DNA of 64,000 nucleotides from Candidatus Multivorans sp. (GTDB lineage Bacteria; Acidobacteriota; Thermoanaerobaculia; Multivoradales; Multivoraceae): NCBI GenBank assembly GCA_965247095.1, contig OZ251997.1, positions 2,368,001 to 2,432,000 of the forward strand, read 5' to 3'. Shown piece by piece: positions 56,544 to 64,000 of this stretch (position 1 is its first letter; each line of letters starts with the position of its first letter). The notes under the pieces were generated by a model. It saw only the letters and a program-made list of their open reading frames with translations, ran no database searches and was not told where the DNA came from. The position numbers and the translations under genes were made by a program.

Positions 56544-56951
56544 ATGGGGTATCTCGACCTGGCCACCGACCACGTCAAACGCGCCCAGAACCGACTACGG
56601 GCGCTCGATGCGCTCTACGAAGCGGAGAGCTGGGCCGATGTCGTCCGCGAATCGCAGGAGGTCGTCGAACTCACCCTGCATGGGCTGTTGCATGCCGTCG
56701 GAGTCCATCCGCCGCGAGTGCACGATGTGGCGGACCTGCTGGTAGCGGAACGGGACCGGCTGCCAGCCACGGTGGCACAGGACATCGACCGGCTCACCGC
56801 TGCATCCCGGAGTCTCCGCCGCGACCGGGAGTTGGCGTTCCTGGGCGCGCCTGATCTTGTGCCCTCCGAGTTTTTCAAGGCGGCCGACGCGGCGAAAGCC
56901 CGGGAGGCGGCGCGGTTCGTTGTTGCGAGGGTCGCGCCGAGCGTCGAATGA
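56544..56951 (+). CDS. HEPN domain protein (no adjacent MNT)
   Basis: DVVRESQEVVELTL, PPRVHDV, RELAF. Confidence 0.8.
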   Translation: MGYLDLATDHVKRAQNRLRALDALYEAESWADVVRESQEVVELTLHGLLHAVGVHPPRVHDVADLLVAERDRLPATVAQDIDRLTAASRSLRRDRELAFLGAPDLVPSEFFKAADAAKAREAARFVVARVAPSVE

Positions 56952-56978
56952 TCCGAGCCTTCTACGCCGCTTGCCACC

Positions 56979-57236
56979 ATGAGTCTCAACATCAAGAACA
57001 AAGAGACCTGCCGCCTCGCTGCCGAACTTGCTCGCCTCACCGGCGAAACGAAGACCGGCGCGATCACCGTTGCGGTGCGTGAGCGGCTGGATCGGGAGCA
57101 GCGCCAGAGACGGGCCGATGCCTTGGCCCAGGAACTTCACGAGATTGGACAGCGCTGCGCCAGGCTTCTGAAACCCGGCCCCTCCGCCGTTGAGCATGGC
57201 GAGTTTCTCTACGACGAGCGGAGACTGCCGAAGTGA
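56979..57236 (+). CDS. vapB: VapB-type antitoxin (Rv0623-like)
   Basis: MSLNIKNKETCRLAAELARLTGETKTGAITVAVRERL...LYDERRLPK; GTGA overlap with a PIN gene. Confidence 0.88.
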   Translation: MSLNIKNKETCRLAAELARLTGETKTGAITVAVRERLDREQRQRRADALAQELHEIGQRCARLLKPGPSAVEHGEFLYDERRLPK

Positions 57237-57345
57237 TCATCGACACGTCCGCTCTCCTGGCGATCCTGCTCGGCGAAGCGGACGCTGAGCGGTACGAGCA
57301 CGCTGTGGCCGGTTCGTGGCCTCGACGCATGTCGACCGTAGCCCT
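57233..57345 (+). pseudogene. vapC: VapC PIN toxin truncated after about 37 codons
   Basis: MIIDTSALLAILLGEADAERY..RRMSTV, after which PIN similarity is lost. Confidence 0.82.
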
Positions 57346-57409
57346 TCGCCGCTCGCTCTCGAACCCAGGAGGCGACATCGTCGGGCAAGGTGACGGTGAT
57401 CTTCTCCAC
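57340..57409 (-). pseudogene. Fragment of a CopG/RHH antitoxin-like gene
   Basis: VEKITVTLPDDVASWVRERAAKG, convergent with and abutting the truncated vapC. Confidence 0.6.
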
Positions 57410-57564
57410 GGCGCGAGCGTGGCCAATGAACCCCGGCTTCGGCAGTTTGCGGAGGAGTCGGCACATCGACGCACCGACGTTCGGCGAATGCGGGCGAGAC
57501 GACCGCGTTGCCAAGGGCAGATACCGGCCAGAAGGCCAGCCTACCGACACTCGCCGAGTCGGCG

Positions 57565-57774
57565 CTACTGCGACCGGGGCAGCGACACCGCCAGCACCAC
57601 GCCAAGGCAGACCAGCACCACGACGTAGAAGGCGGTCGTAACGACATCGGCCAGCACCGGGAAGTCGACCGGCCCGGCCAGGGATCTCCGGCAGGTAGCC
57701 AGCGGCAGGCCCCCGCCGATGAGCGCGAAGACGATCCACTGCGTCCAACTGAGTCGCGAGGTCTTTTCCGTCAT
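57565..57774 (-). CDS. Small membrane protein (69 aa)
   Basis: Two hydrophobic segments; AGGA RBS. Confidence 0.45.
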   Translation of the reverse strand: MTEKTSRLSWTQWIVFALIGGGLPLATCRRSLAGPVDFPVLADVVTTAFYVVVLVCLGVVLAVSLPRSQ

Positions 57775-57889
57775 GTTCCTGGTCCGGTTGTCGTGCGGTC
57801 AGGCCTGTGGCTTGCTTGCCGTGCGGTGGTGGAGGATGTCACAGATCGAAGGGCTTCGCAGCCCTCAGCGGCGGCACGGAACAGCCTCG

Positions 57890-57935
57890 CCGCTTCGCGG
57901 CTCGGGCGGATGCGGGCGGGACGCCCGCGTTCCCA
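57890..57935. repeat. REP-like palindrome
   Basis: GGATGCGGGCGGGACGCCCGCGTTCCCA. Confidence 0.75.
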
Positions 57936-58004
57936 ACGGGCTGAAGCGCCCGGAGGCGATAGGCTCACTGGAACACAACACAAGCACACAGCCGGGAGGT
58001 CGAG

Positions 58005-59162
58005 ATGCGGATCAGGCAACAGCGGAGGTCTTCGTTCTGGAGGGTCTGGGGCACCGCGGTCATCTCGGTGGGGGCCCTGGTCGTGATCGCCGCGGCGGCG
58101 GCTCTGATGCTGTTTGCGGCGTCGCCGGCGGCGGCCGAGGAGAACCCGCGGCGGCATGACGGACGTCCCGATCTCTCGGGCACCTACGACATCGCCACGT
58201 TGACGCCGGCTCAGCGGCCGGAGCAGTACGGCGAGCGGCTGGCGTTGACGCCGGAGGAGGCGGCGGCGATCGCGAATCACTGGGAGACGAACTTCAACAA
58301 GGATCACGCGCCGAGCGACCCGAACCGCGAGGCGCCGCCCAAGGGCGGCACCGGCATCTACGCGCCGGAGTTCACGGGCGCTGCAGGCAAGGTCGGCGGG
58401 TACAACGCCTTCTTCGTCGACATCGGCACGGACGCCTTCCAGCTCGACGGCAAGTACCGGACGTCGATCATCACGAACCCGACCAGTGGCCGCTACCCCG
58501 CGCTCAGCGCGGTCGGGCAGCAGCGGAGCGAACGGCTGGCGCCGTTCCGGCATGAGAACACCGGCACCGCCTGGTGGATGCACCTGCCGGTCGGCCCCTA
58601 CGACGATCCCGAGCTTCGGCCCCTGGCCGAGCGCTGCATCCTGACCCGTGGCGCCTCGGGACCGCCGTCGATGCCGGGCATGTACAACAACCTGAAGACG
58701 ATCGTGCAGACGGACGACCACGTGATGATCCTGATCGAGTGGATGCACGACGCCCGGATCATCCGGCTCGACTCGGAGCACCTGCCGGACAGCGTGCGCA
58801 AGTGGAGCGGCGACTCGATCGGCTGGTGGGAAGGCGACACCCTGGTTGTCGACACGACGAACTTCCGCGAGATCTCGGGTTCGGTGGCCCGGGCGTCGCA
58901 CGATCTGCACGTCGTGGAGCGAATCAGCCGGATCGACGCGGACACCCTGCGCTACGAGTTCACGGTGGAGGATCCGGTCTACGAGACCGCCTGGAGCGGC
59001 GAGTACCCGTGGCCGGCGACCGGCAACAGGCTCTACGAGTATGGCTGCCACGAGGGGAACTACGCGCTCGGCGGCATCCTGCGCGGCGCGCGGCTGCTGG
59101 AGCAGGAGGCGATCGAGCAGGACGCCTCGGGCGCCTCGACCGGGTCCGGTTCGGGCGACTGA
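58005..59162 (+). CDS. Exported conserved hypothetical protein (paralog of 51000-52142)
   Basis: DGRPDLSGTY, GDSIGWWEGDTLVV, YEYGCHEGNY. Confidence 0.85.
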   Translation: MRIRQQRRSSFWRVWGTAVISVGALVVIAAAAALMLFAASPAAAEENPRRHDGRPDLSGTYDIATLTPAQRPEQYGERLALTPEEAAAIANHWETNFNKDHAPSDPNREAPPKGGTGIYAPEFTGAAGKVGGYNAFFVDIGTDAFQLDGKYRTSIITNPTSGRYPALSAVGQQRSERLAPFRHENTGTAWWMHLPVGPYDDPELRPLAERCILTRGASGPPSMPGMYNNLKTIVQTDDHVMILIEWMHDARIIRLDSEHLPDSVRKWSGDSIGWWEGDTLVVDTTNFREISGSVARASHDLHVVERISRIDADTLRYEFTVEDPVYETAWSGEYPWPATGNRLYEYGCHEGNYALGGILRGARLLEQEAIEQDASGASTGSGSGD

Positions 59163-59183
59163 GGGGCGCTGGCGGCTGAACGC

Positions 59184-59400
59184 ATGGCCGACCTCAACCT
59201 CATTCCCCACCCGCTGACCGGTACTCCCTTCGGCGCCGCACTTGATGTGTGCGTGATCCTGGCCGCGCTGACCTGGCTGGCCTCGGTGATCACTCGCGAG
59301 TACCGTGGGTGGACCGCCTCTGGCAAGTCTGTCCGCCGATCTACAGCCTGATGGTGGCTGCCGCCTCGGACTTCCAGTCGGCGCGGGTTCCCATGGTGCG
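59184..59400 (+). pseudogene. DUF1295-family membrane protein remnant
   Basis: LTWLASVITREY, then a frameshift to WVDRLWQVCPPIY, then truncation. Confidence 0.65.
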
Positions 59401-59453
59401 TCGGTGGTACGCTCGCCGACGCTCAAATCCAAGTTCCGAAGGAGGAACCACGC

Positions 59454-60749
59454 GTGATCCGATTGCGTCCTCGGGGACAGTTCGCCCCGCTTGCCTTTGC
59501 CGCCTGCCTGCTGCTTACGGCCTTCGTTCTTGCGCCGGTATTTGCCGGCGAGCGTGACCTCCAAAAGGCCAAGCCGGCCGATGTCGGCATGGACCCGGCC
59601 GGCCTCGAAAAGCTATCCGAGGCGATGCACGGCATGGTCGACGACGGCAAACTCGCCGGCGTCGTCACGATGGTCTCGCGCAAGGGCAAGGTCGTCCTCT
59701 TCGACGCCTACGGCAAGCAGGACATCGAGAACGGGGTCCCGGTCGCGAAGGACTCGATCTTCCGCATCTATTCGATGACGAAGCCGATCATCGGCACAGC
59801 ATTGATGACCTACTACGACGAAGGCCGCTTCACACTCGACGATCCGGTGTCGAAGTTCATTCCCGAGTTCGCGGACCTCAAGGTGGCGAAGGAGGACGGG
59901 CCGGACGGCATGCCCGTGGTCGAGGCCGCCGATCATGCGATGACGATGCGCGAGCTGATGAGCCATACGGCGGGTCTGACCTACGGGCTGTTCTCCCAGT
60001 CCCAGGTGGACACGCTCTACCAGAAGGCCGGGATCATCCTGGACTCCACCCTGACCGTGAAGGAGATGGTCGGCAGGCTGGCCAAGATCCCGCTGCGCCA
60101 GCAGCCGGGGTCGATGTGGCACTACAGCGTCGCGGTCGACGTGCAGGGCTACGTGCTGGAGGTGCTGGCCGGCAAGCCGCTCGACGAGGTGCTGAACGAG
60201 CGCGTCTTCGGGCCACTGGGCATGGACGACACCGCTTTCTGGGTCGAGCCGGACAAGGCGGACCGGTTCTCGCACATGTACGTGTCGAGCCAGGGCAAGC
60301 TGAGCAGAGCCGAGCTCGGGCAGTACCTCGAGAAGCCGAACTTCCTCTCCGGCGGCGGCGGCCTGGTGTCGACGGCGATGGACTACATGCGCTTCGCCCA
60401 GATGCTCGCGAACGGCGGCGAACTGAACGGCGTCCGGATCCTGAAGCCGGCGACCGTGAAGCTGATGCACACCGATCATCTGCCCGAGAGCGTCACCGAC
60501 ATGGGGCCGCTCTACCGGGGCAATCGCTTCGGCCTCGACTTCTCGATCGTCACCGATCCGAACCCGGCCACCGACCACGAGCGCGCCAAGGGCGAGTACT
60601 GGTGGTACGGCATCGGCGGCACCTGGTTCGGCATCAACCCGGACCAGGATCTGGTCATCGTCGGCATGATCCAGAGCCGCGATTTCCCTGCCTCGGCGGC
60701 CGCGCGCTTCACCAGCAAGCGGCTCGCGTACGAAGCGATCGTCGACTAG
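59454..60749 (+). CDS. Serine hydrolase, class C beta-lactamase family
   Basis: FRIYSMTKPI, LMSHTAGL, WHYS, GGGGLVST. Confidence 0.9.
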   Translation: MIRLRPRGQFAPLAFAACLLLTAFVLAPVFAGERDLQKAKPADVGMDPAGLEKLSEAMHGMVDDGKLAGVVTMVSRKGKVVLFDAYGKQDIENGVPVAKDSIFRIYSMTKPIIGTALMTYYDEGRFTLDDPVSKFIPEFADLKVAKEDGPDGMPVVEAADHAMTMRELMSHTAGLTYGLFSQSQVDTLYQKAGIILDSTLTVKEMVGRLAKIPLRQQPGSMWHYSVAVDVQGYVLEVLAGKPLDEVLNERVFGPLGMDDTAFWVEPDKADRFSHMYVSSQGKLSRAELGQYLEKPNFLSGGGGLVSTAMDYMRFAQMLANGGELNGVRILKPATVKLMHTDHLPESVTDMGPLYRGNRFGLDFSIVTDPNPATDHERAKGEYWWYGIGGTWFGINPDQDLVIVGMIQSRDFPASAAARFTSKRLAYEAIVD

Positions 60750-60767
60750 GGCGTGGGCCAAGACGAT

Positions 60768-60863
60768 GCGGGCGCCCGATGACGGTCGCAGGAATTGGTT
60801 CACGGGTGGCGCGGATCGCGCCACCCGCGTTCCCAGGGCGGGCGAGACGCCCGCGTTCCCAGG
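60768..60863. repeat. Composite REP-like element (degenerate)
   Basis: GGGTGGCGCGGATCGCGCCACCC plus GCGGGCGAGACGCCCGCGTTCCCAGG. Confidence 0.8.
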
Positions 60864-60891
60864 AACCTGAGGAGTTGAAGAGGAGAGTTGT

Positions 60892-62484
60892 ATGAGTCTG
60901 TTCGCCTGGTCGTGGTTGTTTCTCATCCTCTACATCACCGGCATGCTCGCCTTCGGCTGGGTCGCGAGCCGGCGAATCAAGAATGCGGACGATTTCGCCA
61001 CCGCGCGCAGCAGCTACGGCCCCTACTTTCTGGCGCTGGCCTTTGCCGCAACGACCGCCAGCGGCGCCACCTTCCTCGGCAGTCCCGGCCTGGGCTACCA
61101 GTTCGGCATGGCCAGCGTCTGGGGCAAGTTCCTTTACCCGATGGGGGTCTACTTCGGGGTTCTCATCACGATCAGGATGGTCGCCAACTCGGGGCACAAG
61201 TTCGGCAACCGGTCGATCCCCGAGTACCTCGGCGACCGCTACCGGAGCGACGGCGTGCGTCTGCTCGTCTCCGTCTTCTCCCTGGTGCTGTTCTTCTACG
61301 TCGCCGGACAGCTCGTGTCGGGGCTGGTCATGTTCGAGACCATGCTCGGCCTCAAGCCGATGACGGCGCTGATCATCACGTCGGGCGTGCTGCTCGTCTA
61401 CGTCGTCCTCGGCGGCGCCCACGCGGACATCCTCACCGACGGCATCCAGGGCATGATGATGCTCGCGGTCGCGGTGGTCGTCATCGTGATGTTCCTGTTC
61501 GCTTCGGGGATGGACGGCGGCCTCGGGGGTTTGGTCGACAACCTCCGCGCCCAGGACGAGCACATGGTCGGACCGCTCAACCGGTCCAACTCCCTCTACG
61601 ACTCGTGGTGGGCGATCGCAGTCGTTCTCTTCGCCCACATCCCGCTCGGCATGCTGCCCCACATCGGCAACAAGGTGTGGGCGCTCAAGAACGACGGCGA
61701 CCGGATGCGTTTCGTCAAGCTCGCCTTCGCGGTCGGCCTGACGATGGGCATGATGGGCCTCGGCGGCATTCTCGCCCGCGGCGTTCTCGGGGGCGAGCTT
61801 CTGGCTGCCGGGCGCAACCCGAACGAGGCGCTACCGGCGCTGTTCATCGAACTGTTCCCGACTTGGCTGGCGGCCCTGATCGGGGTCGGGATCCTGGCCG
61901 CGATCATGTCGACGGCGGACGGGCTCGTCGTGTCGTCGTCCCAGATCGTCGCCAACGACATCTACCGCCGGTCGATCGTTCCGAAGTACAGGTCCCATCT
62001 GAGCGACGAAGAGGTCGATCGCAAGGTGCTGGGGATCAGCCGCTGGAGCACGGTGATCGTCCTGATCCTCTGCACCGGGATGGCCTGGGCGATGCAGGAC
62101 ATGAACATCGCACTGCTGGTATGGATCGGCACCGGCGGCATGATGGCCGCCTTCGCAGGCCCGCTGGTGGTCGGCGGGTTGTGGCGCGGCGTCACCCTCG
62201 CCGGCGCCTACACCGGCCTGGTGAGCGGCATGGCCACGTTCATCCTGCTGCGCAGCGGCGTGCCCTGGATGATCGTCGATCCGAGTTCGCTCGGGCCGCT
62301 GTCCGGGATTGCGGAGTGGCTGCACCACTACCGGGCTAACCCGTTTTCCTGCGCGGTGGTCGGCGAGGCGGTCTCGATCGCCAGCACGTGGGCAGTGTCC
62401 AAGCTGACCCAGCCACTGCCTGAAGACCACGTCGAAGGGTTATTCGCGGCGCCGTCGAAGATCGCCGAAACGGCGGGGGGATAG
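60892..62484 (+). CDS. Sodium:solute symporter (PutP/PanF-like)
   Basis: ATTASGATFLG, SIPEYLGDRY, TDGIQG, AAIMSTAD; about 13 TM segments. Confidence 0.92.
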   Translation: MSLFAWSWLFLILYITGMLAFGWVASRRIKNADDFATARSSYGPYFLALAFAATTASGATFLGSPGLGYQFGMASVWGKFLYPMGVYFGVLITIRMVANSGHKFGNRSIPEYLGDRYRSDGVRLLVSVFSLVLFFYVAGQLVSGLVMFETMLGLKPMTALIITSGVLLVYVVLGGAHADILTDGIQGMMMLAVAVVVIVMFLFASGMDGGLGGLVDNLRAQDEHMVGPLNRSNSLYDSWWAIAVVLFAHIPLGMLPHIGNKVWALKNDGDRMRFVKLAFAVGLTMGMMGLGGILARGVLGGELLAAGRNPNEALPALFIELFPTWLAALIGVGILAAIMSTADGLVVSSSQIVANDIYRRSIVPKYRSHLSDEEVDRKVLGISRWSTVIVLILCTGMAWAMQDMNIALLVWIGTGGMMAAFAGPLVVGGLWRGVTLAGAYTGLVSGMATFILLRSGVPWMIVDPSSLGPLSGIAEWLHHYRANPFSCAVVGEAVSIASTWAVSKLTQPLPEDHVEGLFAAPSKIAETAGG

Positions 62485-62497
62485 GGGCCCCAGCGGA

Positions 62498-62535
62498 CCG
62501 GCGCTTCGCGCCGGATGCGGGCGAGACGCCCGCGC
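62498..62535. repeat. REP-like palindrome
   Basis: CCGGCGCTTCGCGCCGGATGCGGGCGAGACGCCCGCG. Confidence 0.78.
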
Positions 62536-62576
62536 TAGACTCTCGCGAGAAGCTCGACACAAGCAGGAGGCAGGTC

Positions 62577-62870
62577 ATGCGTCGCCACCGAACGAATCGT
62601 CTCCGTAGCCGGTCGCTCCCGGCCCTGGCGCCGGCTGCCCTGGTGTTGCTTGCCTTCGCTCCTGCCGTCCTGATCGCTCAGGAAGCAGGTGGAGCGGACG
62701 TTCCCCGAGACCCAAACGGGCAGCCCGACACCGCGCGCCTGTTGATGAAGAAGAGCGGCGTCCCGATGTTCGAGTACGCCTGCCACGAAGGCAACTACGG
62801 CCTGTACAACATGCTCTCGGGCGCCCGCGCGAAAGAAGCCGAGACGGCCGCCGCGACCGGCGGCGAGTAG
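62577..62870 (+). pseudogene. Internally deleted third member of the exported EYACHEGNY family
   Basis: Signal peptide and VPRDPNGQPD joined in frame to PMFEYACHEGNYGLYNMLSGARAKE; 97 aa against about 380 aa for the paralogs. Confidence 0.8.
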
Positions 62871-62902
62871 TTCGTTCCGGCCGGCGGGGACGACCCGGGG
62901 AC

Positions 62903-63109
62903 TCAGTCCCAGTCGGGAAGCGGCTGTGGGCCGGGCACCATCCCGGCGATGTCGGGATCCTCGCCCGACAGGTCGACGGGCGCCTCCTCGGCGGCCTCTT
63001 CCTTGTCCACCTTGCGCTGAGCGCGGCGCTCCAGCTTCTCCTGGCGCTTCTGGCGCTTGCGGATTTCCCGTTGACGCTTGGCAAATGTAGTTGGTCCGGG
63101 CCTAGCCAT
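62903..63109 (-). CDS. Small basic hypothetical protein
   Basis: KRQREIRKRQKRQEKLERR...EDPDIAGMVPGPQP; strong GAGGAGGGGAG RBS. Confidence 0.7.
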   Translation of the reverse strand: MARPGPTTFAKRQREIRKRQKRQEKLERRAQRKVDKEEAAEEAPVDLSGEDPDIAGMVPGPQPLPDWD

Positions 63110-63191
63110 GACGATCTCCCCTCCTCTGCCCAGACGCTCTCTCAGGGCCGGTCAACGAGTCTAGCAGGGACTCTTGACACGCCGTCCGCGG

Positions 63192-64000
63192 TCACGGCGA
63201 GTAGTAGGTCGGCGACCCGGGACCGACCGGCAGGCCCAGCGCGAACACCCAGATGTAGAAGAGCGACACCCAACCGATCAGGTAGGTGATCGAGTACGGG
63301 ATCATCGTCGCGATCAGGGTGCCGATCCCCAGCTTCCGGTCGTAGCGCATCGCCACCGCGAGGATCAGGCCGAAGTAGCTCATCATCGGCGTGATGATGT
63401 TCGTGCTCGAGTCGCCGATCCGGTACGCGGCCTGAATCACTTCCGGGCTGTAGCCGACGGTCATCAGCATCGGCACGAAGATCGGCGCCGTCACCGCCCA
63501 CTGCGCCGACGCGCTGCCGAGCATCAGGTTCACGACACAGCACATCAGGATGAACGGCAGGAACACGATCGGCCCGGTGAGGTCGAACCGGGTCAGCAGA
63601 TCGGCGCCGACGACCGCCGTGATCGTGCCCAGGTTGGTCCAGTTGAAGAACGAGACGAACTGAGCGGCGAAGAAGACGAGCACCAGGTACGGCCCGAGCG
63701 AACTCATGGACCGGCCCATGCCGTCGATCACGTCGCGATCGTTGCGCAGCGACCCGGTGACCCGGCCGTAGACGATCGACGGCACGATGAAGAAGACGAA
63801 GATCAGCGACACGACGCTGCGCAGCATCGGCCGCAGATCGTCGATCAACAGCGGATTTTGCGCCGGATCGCGGAACCACCCGTTCTCCGGCAGGGCGAGC
63901 AGCGCCAGTCCGCCGAGCATCGCGAGCAGGGTGACGCCGGCCAGCTTCAGCCCGCGCTTCTCTTCCTTCGACAGCGTCTTCAGACCCTCTTCCGGGTCCT
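63192..64000 (-). CDS. AbgT-family transporter (3' part; starts outside the window)
   Basis: FFAAQFVSFFNWTNLG, GSASAQW, AAYRIGDSSTNIITP, GIGTLIATMIPY. Confidence 0.92.
   Translation of the reverse strand, partial: DPEEGLKTLSKEEKRGLKLAGVTLLAMLGGLALLALPENGWFRDPAQNPLLIDDLRPMLRSVVSLIFVFFIVPSIVYGRVTGSLRNDRDVIDGMGRSMSSLGPYLVLVFFAAQFVSFFNWTNLGTITAVVGADLLTRFDLTGPIVFLPFILMCCVVNLMLGSASAQWAVTAPIFVPMLMTVGYSPEVIQAAYRIGDSSTNIITPMMSYFGLILAVAMRYDRKLGIGTLIATMIPYSITYLIGWVSLFYIWVFALGLPVGPGSPTYYSP

Overview
High-GC bacterial chromosomal window. Ankyrin lipoprotein, PQQ dehydrogenase and many eroded genes suggest a host-associated Acidobacteriota-like organism, but that assignment is inference only. Order of content: a surface-polysaccharide block (1-7.4 kb), a decayed btuB-like gene, an 11.5-kb integrated mobilisable plasmid (8328-19827), recCBD, a terpenoid/oxygenase and efflux block with deletion scars, a TonB/HupE metal-uptake operon, a fabG-fabF-acp-acyltransferase cluster, sarcosine oxidase-like genes, a PQQ/cytochrome c dehydrogenase, a ZIP transporter, TA remnants and transporters. 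Main result: the plasmid integrated through a 5-bp core (CGGTT at 8323-8327 and 19823-19827). On the host side this cuts a cobalamin riboswitch in two. On the plasmid side it cuts one putative Rep gene in two. In-silico excision restores both the riboswitch and an in-frame 459-aa ORF. Both junctions resemble a GATAA-N6-TTATC site found intact near the element's Cre-like recombinase. The element also carries three repeat-separated mini-ORFs that resemble HigA antitoxin N-termini without the HTH. No tRNA, rRNA or CRISPR array was recognised. All family assignments come from motif recognition by eye, not from database searches.
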